A stretch of DNA of 64,000 nucleotides, taken from NCBI GenBank assembly GCA_965205565.1, contig CBDBID010000040.1, positions 111,451-175,450 on the forward strand, given 5' to 3'. Below the pieces are notes generated by a model that saw only the letters and a list, made by a program, of their open reading frames with translations, was not told the origin of the DNA and made no database searches. Shown piece by piece: positions 9,255 through 19,589 of this stretch; positions within the stretch are counted from its first letter, which is position 1; the number at the start of each line of letters is the position of its first letter. The stretch comes from Acidobacteriota bacterium. Lineage in GTDB: Bacteria > Acidobacteriota > UBA6911 > RPQK01 > CBDBID01. The position numbers were made by a program, and so were the translations under genes.

Positions 9255-10186
9255 TAAATGCAGTGGCTTCCCCCAAAGTTCGGCGGCAGATCCGATTTTA
9301 CAGACTTGATGTTGAGCCGGACGAAACTGGCCATCCACAATCTGTAGATTTCCGAGAGGTTCTCAAGAAGATCGGTCGATTGCAGTTCCGACTCGGGGAG
9401 CGGTATTTGGATCTCAGTGGCGGTCAGATATTGTGCGTCTGGCCAGAGAAAGAGCAATTGAAGTCGAAACCACCACGATTGAGGTTAGGCACCGTCAGGC
9501 AGCAAGATTTACCTCAACTTGAGGACCACGGGAGGATATCTCCTCTTCGATTACAAAGCCAACAGGGCATCGTAGAACAGACGCATGTAGTCTTTTTTGA
9601 CGATGGCATTGTCGGAGTTGAGTTCAACTTTCATGGTCCACGGATTAATAGACTGGGGAGGTACTTATATGTTAGATTTCCTCATGATCTCCCCAAAATA
9701 AACTTCGACATAATTCTGAACTAGGATATCGATAAGAAGCTGGAGCATCTCCAGGATATTCATCTGGTACAATTCCGCTCAAGACGTGGTTATACAGACA
9801 GTGTGAGGCGTGCATCAGAGAGTCTTCCATCTGCTTTGCAGCAGATGGAAGATGCCGTGAGTCCTCCTGTAATAGACATTATTATGAGAAACGAACTCCG
9901 ATCCCGCAAGAGTTTAGGGAAGGCAGTCCTCGATTGGGTACGAGAGATAGCGGGAACTCCTAGCTCTCTTGAGGAGCTCGATGTTTTCAAGGTTAAAGGG
10001 ACCGATGATAGGACTGGAAGGGTTGAAAACTTTGATTTCTTAAGTGATCGATTTGTGGCTACGAAAACTGTCCATCTACAACTCGACACCCATAGAGGAA
10101 TAAAATCTGGTGAGATGTACGATGCCATCAGTGAATCTCACGCAGAGTTGAAAGATTCTCTAAATCAAGCGGCCAGTTTGTCATGA
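9255..10186 (+). pseudogene. AT-rich gene remnant: N-terminally truncated by the IS1380 insertion and carrying an internal TAG (9722-9724)
   Basis: A single frame is open from the IS end to 10186 except for one amber codon; ~45-50% GC against ~60% background; no recognisable domain. Confidence 0.4.
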
Positions 10187-10281
10187 GCACTATAATATCC
10201 TTATACCAGCGTCACTTTATGGTCGTAGACCTAATTGGATCAATGCTCTTGGCGGTGCTGATTTGGGTGGAACACAGATAC

Positions 10282-11734
10282 CTAGCAGTCCGTGGTGGAA
10301 GTACGTTTTCTGAGCTCAGGTGGTACCCACCGGTGGAAGCAGCGAAGGGGTCGCTGAGGTGGGTTTTTCGGGCCAAGCAGCCGGAATCAGTCCGAACAGG
10401 CCCTTAAGACGCTTGAACAGCGACAAAATCAGTAGCATTAGGGCGCAAATCCGCCCCTGCAGACCCCGCGGCGTTCCCACACCCAGGCTCTGACGCATCA
10501 GCATCCCCAGATTGAAGGCGCTCACCTGGATCAGCAGTCGCTTCAACACATTCTCATGTCCCCGTACATGCAGCCGTCTCATCCCTCCGCTCCCGTACAG
10601 ATGCGCACAGGGTCGCTCCAGCTGCTCTCCTCGTTGCTGCAGCAGCCGCTGCCCTCGCTCTCCCCGGATGCGCCGCCGATTCGCATACACCGCTTCCTGC
10701 CCCTGCCGGTCTCCTCGCCAGCGTCGCTTCCCTCGCCTCGGTTCGCTCACATAGCTGCGCAGTCCCACCGCATCCAGGTCCACCATCCGCTGCGTGCTGT
10801 GATACCCCTTGTCGGCCACCACCTCTTCGATGCCTCGTCCCTCCGGCAGCGCTTGTTCCACCTTCTCGACCGCTTCCGTCAGGGTCTTCACCATGGTCTG
10901 CGTGTCCCCTTGATCGGCTCCCTGTACCGTCACCGAGACAATCGCTCCGGTCTCCAGATCCACTGCATGCTCCGCCTTGTGCGCCAGGTGCGTCCGCCCG
11001 TCCTTCATTCTGGTAATCCGCGCATCCGCATCATGCGGGTGCTTCCAAACCCGGTTCGATCCTTTGCCCGTGCGCTTGCGGTCCAGTTTGGCCAGATCTT
11101 CCCGTCGCGGCGTCTCAATCCCGGAGGCTTTCGCCAGCTCCATCAAAAACTCTTCATACCCCTGCTCGCTGTCCCGGCGCACGATGCTGCGCAGCGCTGC
11201 ATTCGCTTCCAGCGTAGTGGCATCGATGCCGATCGTCTTGCCCCGCAGCAGGCCGCTCGCCCCGATCCGCTTCAGTACCCAGTCAAAGACTGCTTCGTGG
11301 GTAGCCACATCGATCAGTCGCCGGGTTCGGGAGATCGTGGAGTGATCAGACGGCGACTCGCTCAGTTTCAATCCCAGAAACTCTCGCAGTGCCAGAGAAT
11401 CAGCTGCTCTCCAGGCTATTCCTCGTTCCGATCCGATCCCTTCGAAATACCCCACCAGCAGCAGCCGAAAGTACACTCCCGGAGCCAGGCTCGGTCGCCC
11501 CATCTTGTCTGCATAGAACTTCGCACACAGTCCCTCCACGAAGTCGTCAAAACCGTGTTCGTTGAAAAGGCCATTCAGTCTTTCGTAGAAGGGATGGCCG
11601 GCGGTGCGGGGCAGCTCACTGGTGGCGACCCACAGGTCTTCTTGCTGTCGACGTTTCTTTTTCCCCATTGCCATGGGGTCAGTCTAGTGTCGCTGTGTGA
11701 CCCCTTATCCTCGACTTTCACCACGGGCTGCTAG
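10282..11734 (-). mobile_element. IS5/IS1182-family insertion sequence, copy A (1453 bp)
   Basis: Imperfect 20-bp IRs CTAGCAGTCCGTGGTGGAAG / CTTTCACCACGGGCTGCTAG; second copy at 41235-42686 with >99% identity. Confidence 0.8.
10316..11674 (-). CDS. IS5/IS1182-family transposase (452 aa, DUF772 N-terminal domain + DDE)
   Basis: FYADKMGRPSLAPGVYFRLLLVGYFEGIGSERGIAWRAADSL is the InsH-N/DUF772 signature; ADKGYHS DDE region. Confidence 0.8.
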   Translation of the reverse strand: MAMGKKKRRQQEDLWVATSELPRTAGHPFYERLNGLFNEHGFDDFVEGLCAKFYADKMGRPSLAPGVYFRLLLVGYFEGIGSERGIAWRAADSLALREFLGLKLSESPSDHSTISRTRRLIDVATHEAVFDWVLKRIGASGLLRGKTIGIDATTLEANAALRSIVRRDSEQGYEEFLMELAKASGIETPRREDLAKLDRKRTGKGSNRVWKHPHDADARITRMKDGRTHLAHKAEHAVDLETGAIVSVTVQGADQGDTQTMVKTLTEAVEKVEQALPEGRGIEEVVADKGYHSTQRMVDLDAVGLRSYVSEPRRGKRRWRGDRQGQEAVYANRRRIRGERGQRLLQQRGEQLERPCAHLYGSGGMRRLHVRGHENVLKRLLIQVSAFNLGMLMRQSLGVGTPRGLQGRICALMLLILSLFKRLKGLFGLIPAAWPEKPTSATPSLLPPVGTT

Positions 11735-11853
11735 GACTCATACCCCTCGTTACATCCTTCTCTGATAATCACCAGACTCTCTATGGCACTCTGGCTTCTG
11801 TATGTGGGTCTCTTCTGGGCTTTGTTATCACTTCTGTATCGATAATATTTTCG

Positions 11854-12114
11854 TTGTCTCCTCGGAAATCTTTTCGGATGCTCACTGATTCAGGCCATCA
11901 TCAAACCCTTTTTGCCGTCTACTTTAACTCGGTCTTCTTCCTGGCTTTTGCCACGGTCTGGGCACTGGTGGGGGTTCTTTTTGACACTAGACTTTCACCA
12001 TCTCCGTGGATTACATGCATGATGTTGGGGTTGACTGTGGTAGTGGTATTTCGAATATACCGCTGTATCTGGATCCTTAAGCAGATGGTAGGTATCACAC
12101 TACGATCCTATTAG
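11854..12114 (+). CDS. hypothetical small membrane protein (86 aa, 2 TM)
   Basis: AT-rich ORF lying exactly between the IS1182 end and the IS1595 transposase stop; may be spurious. Confidence 0.2.
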   Translation: MSPRKSFRMLTDSGHHQTLFAVYFNSVFFLAFATVWALVGVLFDTRLSPSPWITCMMLGLTVVVVFRIYRCIWILKQMVGITLRSY

Positions 12115-13062
12115 TCACATACTCCCCACTAAATCCTTATACCGCAAACGTTTCCCGTCCATGCCCTTCGCTACTGAGGCCATCTGGTCAATGGTATCCA
12201 AGGATCGGATGTTGTGCCGACCGGAGAACTCATTGACATACCGCTGCAGGTGCTTCTCGCTCATGCGGTGGTAGGTTCCGTAGTAGCCACGCTTCAGGAG
12301 CGCCCAGAAGCTCTCAATCCCGTTGGTGTGGGCCTGTCCCTTGACAAATTCACGGACGCTGTGACGGACGGAACTATGCTCGAAATCCAGCCAGAGCCGA
12401 TTGTAACCGCTGTGATCGTCCGTGTAGACCGTTGATCCTGGCTTGACTCGCTCCTGGATAAATCCTTCTAGTTCTTCCTGGGTGGTTCCCTGGATGACTG
12501 TGGCACTGACACGGTTGGTTTCACGATCCTTGACGCCAGCGACCGGAATCTTGCCCACGCCCCCACGACCAGCGTGAAGCCTCTTGCTAGGATGCTTGTT
12601 CTTCTCCTTGCCGCCGATGTACGTTTCGTCCACTTCGACCGGGCCGGAAAGGATCTTGTCGCCAAAGTCGAACCCTTCCCGTATGCGCTGCATCATGTGC
12701 CAGGCTGATTTCTGAGTGATGCCGAGTTCCCGGTGGACCTTCATGCTGGAGATGCCTTTGAGGTTGGTGGTCGCCATGTAAAGGACTATGGCCCAGTCCC
12801 GAATGCGGATGTTGCTGGAATGCATGGCCGTACCCTTGCGGACGCTGAAGTACTTCCGGCAATCCTTGCAGCGGTAGGGCATGGTTTTGTGATTGACTCG
12901 TGAGTACCTTTTGGACTCGCAATCAGGGCAGTGGATTCCGTTAGGCCATCTCTGCTCCTCAAACCACTTCTCAGCGGCTTCATCGGTTGGGAAAATGTCG
13001 AATAACTCTGTGATCGTCAGCCCTTTGCGGTCGGACCTTACGGGTGCTTTTGCCTTCTTCAT
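12115..13062 (-). CDS. IS1595-family (ISXO2-like) transposase
   Basis: N-terminal zinc ribbon CPDCES...CKDCRKYFS plus DDE region VEVDETYIGGKEKNKH; Met start at 13062 (MKKAKAP...), 316 aa. Confidence 0.75.
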   Translation of the reverse strand: MKKAKAPVRSDRKGLTITELFDIFPTDEAAEKWFEEQRWPNGIHCPDCESKRYSRVNHKTMPYRCKDCRKYFSVRKGTAMHSSNIRIRDWAIVLYMATTNLKGISSMKVHRELGITQKSAWHMMQRIREGFDFGDKILSGPVEVDETYIGGKEKNKHPSKRLHAGRGGVGKIPVAGVKDRETNRVSATVIQGTTQEELEGFIQERVKPGSTVYTDDHSGYNRLWLDFEHSSVRHSVREFVKGQAHTNGIESFWALLKRGYYGTYHRMSEKHLQRYVNEFSGRHNIRSLDTIDQMASVAKGMDGKRLRYKDLVGSM

Positions 13063-13250
13063 GGAAACTATAGTACCATGATAGTCTGACAGTTTTGGAA
13101 ACTTAGGTATATAATTCCCATTCTTTTTGTCATCGCATCTCCAGGCACTTCGCCAGGCCATGGACCCCTGGGTCAAACATGCCCGAACCCGGGAAGAAAG
13201 GACCGCCGAACTACAGAGACATTTGACGGTACTGCCCAAGGGTTCGGTGA

Positions 13251-14616
13251 AAAAGATCCAGGATGCCTGCCAGACCGGTACCTAGTACACATATTCATAT
13301 CCTGGCTCATGGCGTTCCTTTCAAAGAAGGCGATGAGACCAACTATGGACTGGCTCTGCACGACGATCACGAGCCCACCAAAGCCGACGTCGTCCCCGGA
13401 AATCGATTGGCGACACTGCTGAGACCTCAGATCGAACGACGGGGGGGAGAATTGGCCTGTCCGAGTGTCGTAACCATCGCCAGCTGAGACAGCGGAAACG
13501 TGGGTTCGGTGGTCGGCGCCGGCGCCAGCGTCGCTCATGCCCTACACGAGTCCGGCATCCCTTTGGTGGTGTCTTTCCAGTTTCCACTGTCCTGTTCCGG
13601 TTCGGTTGTTCTCACCCAGTCACTGTACGAAGGTCGTCTGGCGGGATCTGACCCACGCCGGCTGGTGGATAAGACCAGACGGCTTCTGAAGACCCAGGTT
13701 TCGAAAAGCCATGATTGGGCCGGTTTGGTCGCGTACGCGTCGTTGCCCACGGACATTGAGCAGAAGATCGCCGAGGCACGCATTCAAGCGGGCCCATGAC
13801 CGGATGGAAGCGGCCCTAAATCACGCCTACAGGCAGCTAAAGAGCATACCTCAAGATACCGTTAGGGAGTCACCTGCCGAGAATCTGAAGCTTTACCAGG
13901 GGTTACAAGACCGATTGACCGGGGCCCGCCAGCGTTTACTGGAGTTTCTGAACATCGAAACGGATGGTCGACGACGCTCTCAGATTGAACAGAAACTGGG
14001 CAGCACTCGGAAACGTCTGGCTGAAGTACTGTGGAGGACATCCGGGGTCAAGAGCGGGGATGTCTTCGGGGATGCTCTCACTCAAGCGCTCGACAACCTA
14101 GTTAAAGCCAAAAGACATTACGGGGAGGCTTTCCACGAGGACGAATCTCAGATTTGGATTCTGGTTCAGGCGCTTTCTCTGCGAACCGTTCGGGAAGGAG
14201 GCGGGATCGAAGAATTCGATTTGCAAAAATGGCGCATGGCAGAGGCGGTTTCCTTGCATCAGGCCGAGAGCGACGATACTACCACTAGGCGCTGGGCCTA
14301 CGGAAACCTCATCGAGCTGTACCTGATGGTCTCGTTCCATCCGTTGCTAGATGACTTGGATAGTCTGGGGTATGCCTCGATCCTCAATGTATTCTCGGAA
14401 GAACAGGCTCAAGTTCGGGCCAGGGGTTTTTTCGAGATGGCCGGCCAGGATGCCTTTGAAGTCATCGTGACGAAAATGCAGGTACGGCGCTACCTGGGCC
14501 TGTTTCCGTCTCTGGCGGACTTGTTGCCCCAAGGGGATCCCAATGCAGGACGATGGGAACATGTAAAAGCGTCGGCTGAAACGATTGTCCACCTGCTATC
14601 CGGTGAAAGTGAGTAA
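13251..14616 (+). pseudogene. CHAT (caspase-like) domain protein remnant, truncated at the 5' end by the IS1595 element
   Basis: IHILAHGVPF...ELACPSVV matches the CHAT His/Cys dyad context; an in-frame TGA at 13485-13487 and a frameshift near 13750 follow; the upstream frame is closed by stops at 13224 and 13248. Confidence 0.4.
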
Positions 14617-14928
14617 CCGGTTCGTCGTGCAACTCGTCCCAACTCCTTAATGGCTCGGGGTTTTGGGATCAAGCTGGACTACGGCCAGACCCACATGACG
14701 TCTATCTTACCCCTCTTCACCCTTACCTCTTAAGGTCCGGTTCTATCCGGTTCTGTCAATTCCACCTGTCTGAACGAGCCAGATCGCTCTCAAGCCAGAA
14801 GGGGTCTTGAAGAACCCCGGAATGAATCGTTGCGAGGAAGATGGATTTGTAGAAGAGGCAAGAAAAGTCTTAATGTGGGGGAAGAGAGAATCTCAACAGT
14901 CCTGGATCAGTGTTGATGGGAGGGTGGC

Positions 14929-15333
14929 ATGGCAACCATACGTGTGATGGAAGAGAGGGAGGCCGAGGGGCGGGTTCGGGAGATCTTCGAAGAGATCAAG
15001 AAAACCAAAGAGATTGATTTAGTGCCAGCCATCTGGCGGGCGCTGGCGAATCATCCCGGCCATCTGGAAGTGACCTGGAAGAAACTGAAGGGAATCATGC
15101 ACGAGTCCAGTCGACTGGACCTGAAGACCAAGGAGATGCTGGCCCTGGCGGTATCCATTACCAACGGTTGCACCTACTGAATCCATTCCCATACAGTCGC
15201 CGTGAAGCGGCTTGGATTGGATAATAAAGGGTTGGGCGAGCTGATCGCGGTGATCGACCTATTTAATGGTTTGAACCGAGTGGCCGATGGCTACCAGCTG
15301 GAGCCGGACGTGGTACCTGCTCTGGAAGATTGA
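14929..15333 (+). CDS. AhpD/CMD-family protein, paralogue 2; candidate selenoprotein with in-frame UGA at 15178-15180
   Basis: Frame continuous across the TGA to the TGA at 15331-15333; motif ITNGCTY-[TGA]-IHSH parallels NRCSF-[TGA]-IESH of the 4513 gene; C-terminus LGELIAVIDLFNGLNRVADGY is CMD-like. Confidence 0.5.
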
Positions 15334-15420
15334 GAAACTTCCTAAGGGCACCTTTCCAGCCAACCTGCTGGTGGCAAGACTGCCGGGAACGGAATCCGAA
15401 GGAGAACGACGATCGATAAG

Positions 15421-16383
15421 ATGCTTCCATTTTTTCCCCTTCTTCTTTTCACCCTGAACCTGGTGGCTGAGCAACAACCCATGTTTCGGGTGGAAACTCG
15501 GCTCATCCGGGTCCCGGTGACCATTCTGGACCCCACCGGACGGACTCTGAATTCTCTCACTCGGGAGCATTTCCAACTGCTGGACGAGGCGGAGTCTCGT
15601 CCGATCGAAAACTTCGTTCTGGACGCCACGCCGCTGCACATCGTCCTGTTGCTGGACTGCAGCGCCAGCGTCCAGTCAGAAATCGAAGAGATCAAGGACA
15701 CCGCCTATCAATTTTCTACCTCTTTCGGCAGGGAGGACCGATTCGCGCTCATCACCTTCTCAGATGAAGTGCGGGTCGTGCAGCGTTGGACCAATAGCCG
15801 GCGCCGGATCAGAAAGGCCCTGGGCAAACTCAAGGCGGGCTACAGGACTGCCCTATACGATGCCCTCTCGGGATCGGCGGTGGAACTTCTGCGAAGGGTG
15901 GCGGGCAAAAGGGTGATTATCGTCTTGACCGATGGGCTGGATAATGAAAGCCAGGCCAGTTATGAAAAGGTGATCGAGAATTTGATCCGCCAGAATATCT
16001 CTCTCTATATCGTCAGCCGGACGCGGCTGGTCGGTCCCGAGGTAGCCAAGAGCGACCGAGTGGAATTTCTCAACCAGGTGATGAAAAATGTGCTGGGAGA
16101 AGATGGAGATTTCGTCGATGCTTTTTTCAAGCAAAAGGAAGCGGCCCTGATTCAGCTGGCTCAAGCGACTGGGGGGCGCGCTTTTTTCCCGAAAAAGTTG
16201 GAGGAACTGGCAAGCAGCTACCGGCAGCTGGCGCATGAATTGAGGACCCAGTATCTATTAACCTTCCGGCCTCCGGCGGTCTCCAATAAAGCCTTTCGCT
16301 CCATCCGGGTCATCTGCACCGAACCGGTGAAGAAGGTGTACTACCGCGATCACTACTACTGGTCTCCTCCGCACTCCCAATAG
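15421..16383 (+). CDS. VWA-domain protein of the 'VWFA-related Acidobacterial domain' type
   Basis: Signal/TM N-terminus; vWA MIDAS-like region LLLDCSASV...ITFSDEV...LTDGLDNES; 320 aa. Confidence 0.75.
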   Translation: MLPFFPLLLFTLNLVAEQQPMFRVETRLIRVPVTILDPTGRTLNSLTREHFQLLDEAESRPIENFVLDATPLHIVLLLDCSASVQSEIEEIKDTAYQFSTSFGREDRFALITFSDEVRVVQRWTNSRRRIRKALGKLKAGYRTALYDALSGSAVELLRRVAGKRVIIVLTDGLDNESQASYEKVIENLIRQNISLYIVSRTRLVGPEVAKSDRVEFLNQVMKNVLGEDGDFVDAFFKQKEAALIQLAQATGGRAFFPKKLEELASSYRQLAHELRTQYLLTFRPPAVSNKAFRSIRVICTEPVKKVYYRDHYYWSPPHSQ

Positions 16384-16521
16384 GGCCTGGGAGCCCTGAC
16401 GAAAGGGGCGGTCCGCTCGCCCAGACCATTGCACCGGATTGTTCGTACAGGCCACAGTTCAACTCTCCCTTTCGTAATTTTTCCCATCTCAATCGTTGTA
16501 GCGTCGAGGTAGAGGCCTACG

Positions 16522-18909
16522 ATGATTCTTGTGCGTCGCTTCCTGCTTTTCCATCCCAGTCTCGTTTTGGCCGTGATCCTGGTGGCAATCCGGGTCGGAT
16601 GCGGCCAGTCAGAGCCCCCGAAAATGGTGTTGGATCTGGATCGACCGGCAGAAGTGATCGGATGGGTGTGCAGTGGCATCGAGAAGCTGCCGGGACGAAT
16701 CGATCTCGACTTGAAACCAATTTCGGTGTCTCAAGCGGCGGTGAGTGTCCAGTATCCCTACCGAGTGCGACTCTCCATCTACTCCTCAGGGACGCCAGGT
16801 CGGGAATTTTTCGACCCGCCCTTGGAGTATGGAGAGGTGGTGCGTCTTCACACGTTCCTGCGGGAGCCGCCCTGTACGCCCTTCCCGGAACGCTCAACCA
16901 ACGTCAGCTCTGATTTCAAGAGGGAATCCTTCATACCATCCGCTTGAAGTCGCCTCTTCAGATCGAGCGCCTGGGACGCCATCAGGGAACCCCCCTCCTG
17001 AGGCCCATCTTTCAGCACACAGGACAGTCCGAAGAGTTTTGTGAGAAGGCAGTTAGTCCGGATAGATTGAAGTTAATTCTAAGTGTCTTTCTGGGTCGCA
17101 AGAAGGTACTGGAAGAGTCGGACCGGCCGTTGATTAAGCGTCTGGGCATCTTTCACCTTTTTGTGGTATTGGGCTTTCACGTTACCGTCCTGCGTTCTCT
17201 TTTTCATCTGATGTTTCGTCCTCTGGGCCCATGGCGATTGTGGTTGTCCTTGGCAGGAATGTGGATGTACGTGTGCGTGACCGGTGCCGGGGTCTCAACG
17301 GTTCGGGCCGGAATCATGGTCACGGTGTGTACTATCTGCTGGGCCTGGGTGGCTTACGCTATCGGTTCCTGAACATCGTGGGGCTTTCGGCCTGCGTTGT
17401 TCTCCTCTTGTGGCCGAACAGCGTCTTCCATCCTGGTTTCCAGTTCTCTTATCTATCGGTCGGCGCCCTGGGCACCATCGCTTTTCCGAGGCTGCGGTCG
17501 TTCCGAGCGATGATCCACGGATTCACCGCGGCCTTTGCAGACCGGATCTTGGTAGGCCGAACTGGGGAAAATAAAAAACGGCGCAAGGCTCGATAATGGT
17601 TGGAGGAGGTGGCGGAGTTCTGGCCTGTGTCTTTTCGGCGAGGGTTTCCCGTTGTCGCTGCAGTGTTCTACCGGGTCTGGAGCCTGGTGATTTGTACCCT
17701 TTCGATTCAATTCATGACACTCCCTTTGAGTCTCTATTACTCCAACGCGTGGGGCTTTTCTCTGATTGTTTCGAACCTGTTCCTGATTCCCTTTTTTCTG
17801 CTTTTTGTCTTCAGCTGTGCGCTGCTTTTTGGGGTGTTCTGGTTGCCGGGAGGACAGTGGCTGGCGGCCCTGATCGATGCCTTCGGGTTGGGGCTGTCAG
17901 CTGCTAGTCGGCTGCTGGACAGCTGGGGAGGCCCGTCATATTTTCCACAGCCCGAGGCGTGGCAGCTGATCCTGTTCTATTTCCTGCTGGTGGCAATCTA
18001 TTTTCTGCAAAGACGGTGGTTGCGCTGGCTGGCTGTTGCTGCCCCCGCCCTTCTTCTGATGTCCGTCCCGGTCAAGATCCACCCAGCGGGCCGGCTCACG
18101 ATCACCATGTTGGATGTGGGGCAAGGCGAATCTATTCACGTGCGCTATCCGGATGGAAGCGATGCTCTGGTCGATATTGGTGGCCGGCCGCCCCTAGGCG
18201 ACCATTCGAGAGACTTCGTGGGAGAGCGGGTACGAAGGCTGCGCTACGTCCTTTTGACCCATCCGCACGCCGACCACGTGCAGGGTTACGAATTCGTACG
18301 AGGGCGTTTCCGATCGGCCAGCTGTTCTTCCATGAGTACTCTGCTCAGTACGAACCGTCTGCCAGCATGGATTGTTTGCGAGCGGGTGATGGCTTCGTGA
18401 TTGCCGGCGTGGAGCATTCCGTGCTGCATCCGGCGATGACATGTACAGTCCAACCCAGGTCCGATACCAATAATGCCGCGCTGGTGTTCTTGCTGCGGTA
18501 TGGGGGATTCTCGATGCTCTTCACGGGTGACTTGGAGGTCGAGGGCGAGAGAGCACTACTCTCGCGGCTGAAACCGGTTACGGTGTTGAAGTCGCCTCAT
18601 CATGGAAGCAAGTCCAGCAATACAGGAGATCTTCTACGTCGCAGCCACCCGGAAGCGATTCTGATATCGGCGGGCCGGGACAATGTTTTCGATCACCCCT
18701 CTCGTGCCACTCGCTTGCGGTTTCGCCAGCTCCGCATTCCCTTTTTCGTCACCTCGGCATGGGGATCGCTTCGGGTGGAAACCGATGGCGAGCGCTGGCG
18801 GCTTCTTCGCTACAGCCGCGCGGCGGACCGTTTTCTGGAGATTCCGTTGAAAGACGGAGTTTTATGTCAAACGCTTAGCTCCAGCAGGCTAAAGTCGGGC
18901 AGATCATAG
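16522..18909 (+). pseudogene. comEC: ComEC/Rec2 competence channel protein, split over >=4 frames
   Basis: Membrane competence domain (LGIFHLFVVLGFHV...) and metallo-beta-lactamase domain (ITMLDVGQGESIHV...LLTHPHADHVQG ... SPHHGSKSS) are found in the consecutive overlapping ORFs 16522-16947, 16944-17372, 17231-17596, 17600-18400 and 17959-18909; the frameshifts could be sequencing errors. Confidence 0.55.
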
Positions 18910-19586
18910 AGCTGACGGATCTTGCGTTCCAGATAGCTGTTCTGCAGACGAGCATAGCTGGCTTTGGACAGATGCTTGCGATACAGCTTGAGTTCTTTGC
19001 GCACTTCGATCTTAAGTTGGTCAACCTGCTTTGCTGGAAGTTGCTCGCGAAGATCATCAGCCAACCTACGCGCAAGCTGGTTCAAGTCCTGATCCAGCTC
19101 CCGATAATCGCGTTCTGGATGGGCAGCCACTTCCTTTTCCAGGGACTCCAGGCGACGGGCCCCTCGAGTAAATGCATCACCTGTTTGGCGCTCCAGAGTC
19201 TTCCTCAATTCTTGCAGATGATCCAGGACCTGTCGGGGGGCGAAAGGAGCAGCGGGGGTGGATACTGGCGAGGGTGAGGTGGCGCCTACCATGGCCCGCT
19301 GGTACTCCTCAAAAGCTTCCGAGACGGCCGGGTGACAGTAAAAAAGGGTGGTGGGTGATTTGCCGCGCCTCTTTTCCGCTGCTTCAAAACTGCGGTCGAT
19401 TCCACGAAGCGCGATGTGAAGCGGAATGCCCTCGTCCTTCCACAACTCGATCAAGCACCAATCCAGGGGCGAGATCAGAAGGTTTTTGGATCGTTTTTTG
19501 ACAAAATACTCTTCCACTTCCGTGAAATAGTTAAAGTAATTTTTCAATCTTCTGGTCCCCGCCTCGGTCAACCCGCCGCCGAACAC
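18867..19586 (-). CDS. hypothetical protein (239 aa)
   Basis: Clean ORF between comEC and coaX; no confident motif. Confidence 0.4.
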   Translation of the reverse strand: MFGGGLTEAGTRRLKNYFNYFTEVEEYFVKKRSKNLLISPLDWCLIELWKDEGIPLHIALRGIDRSFEAAEKRRGKSPTTLFYCHPAVSEAFEEYQRAMVGATSPSPVSTPAAPFAPRQVLDHLQELRKTLERQTGDAFTRGARRLESLEKEVAAHPERDYRELDQDLNQLARRLADDLREQLPAKQVDQLKIEVRKELKLYRKHLSKASYARLQNSYLERKIRQLYDLPDFSLLELSV

Positions 19587-19589
19587 TTC

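Noticed and set aside
10556-11734. 392-aa plus-strand ORF inside the IS1182 element (and its twin at 41508-42686)
   Set aside because: Fully antisense to the 452-aa transposase; Pro/Ser/Arg-rich low-complexity translation; the transposase frame has clear family motifs.
13485-13487. In-frame TGA inside the CHAT-domain remnant, considered as a Sec codon
   Set aside because: The gene is also 5'-truncated and frameshifted, CHAT proteins are not a known selenoprotein family, and no SECIS-like hairpin follows.
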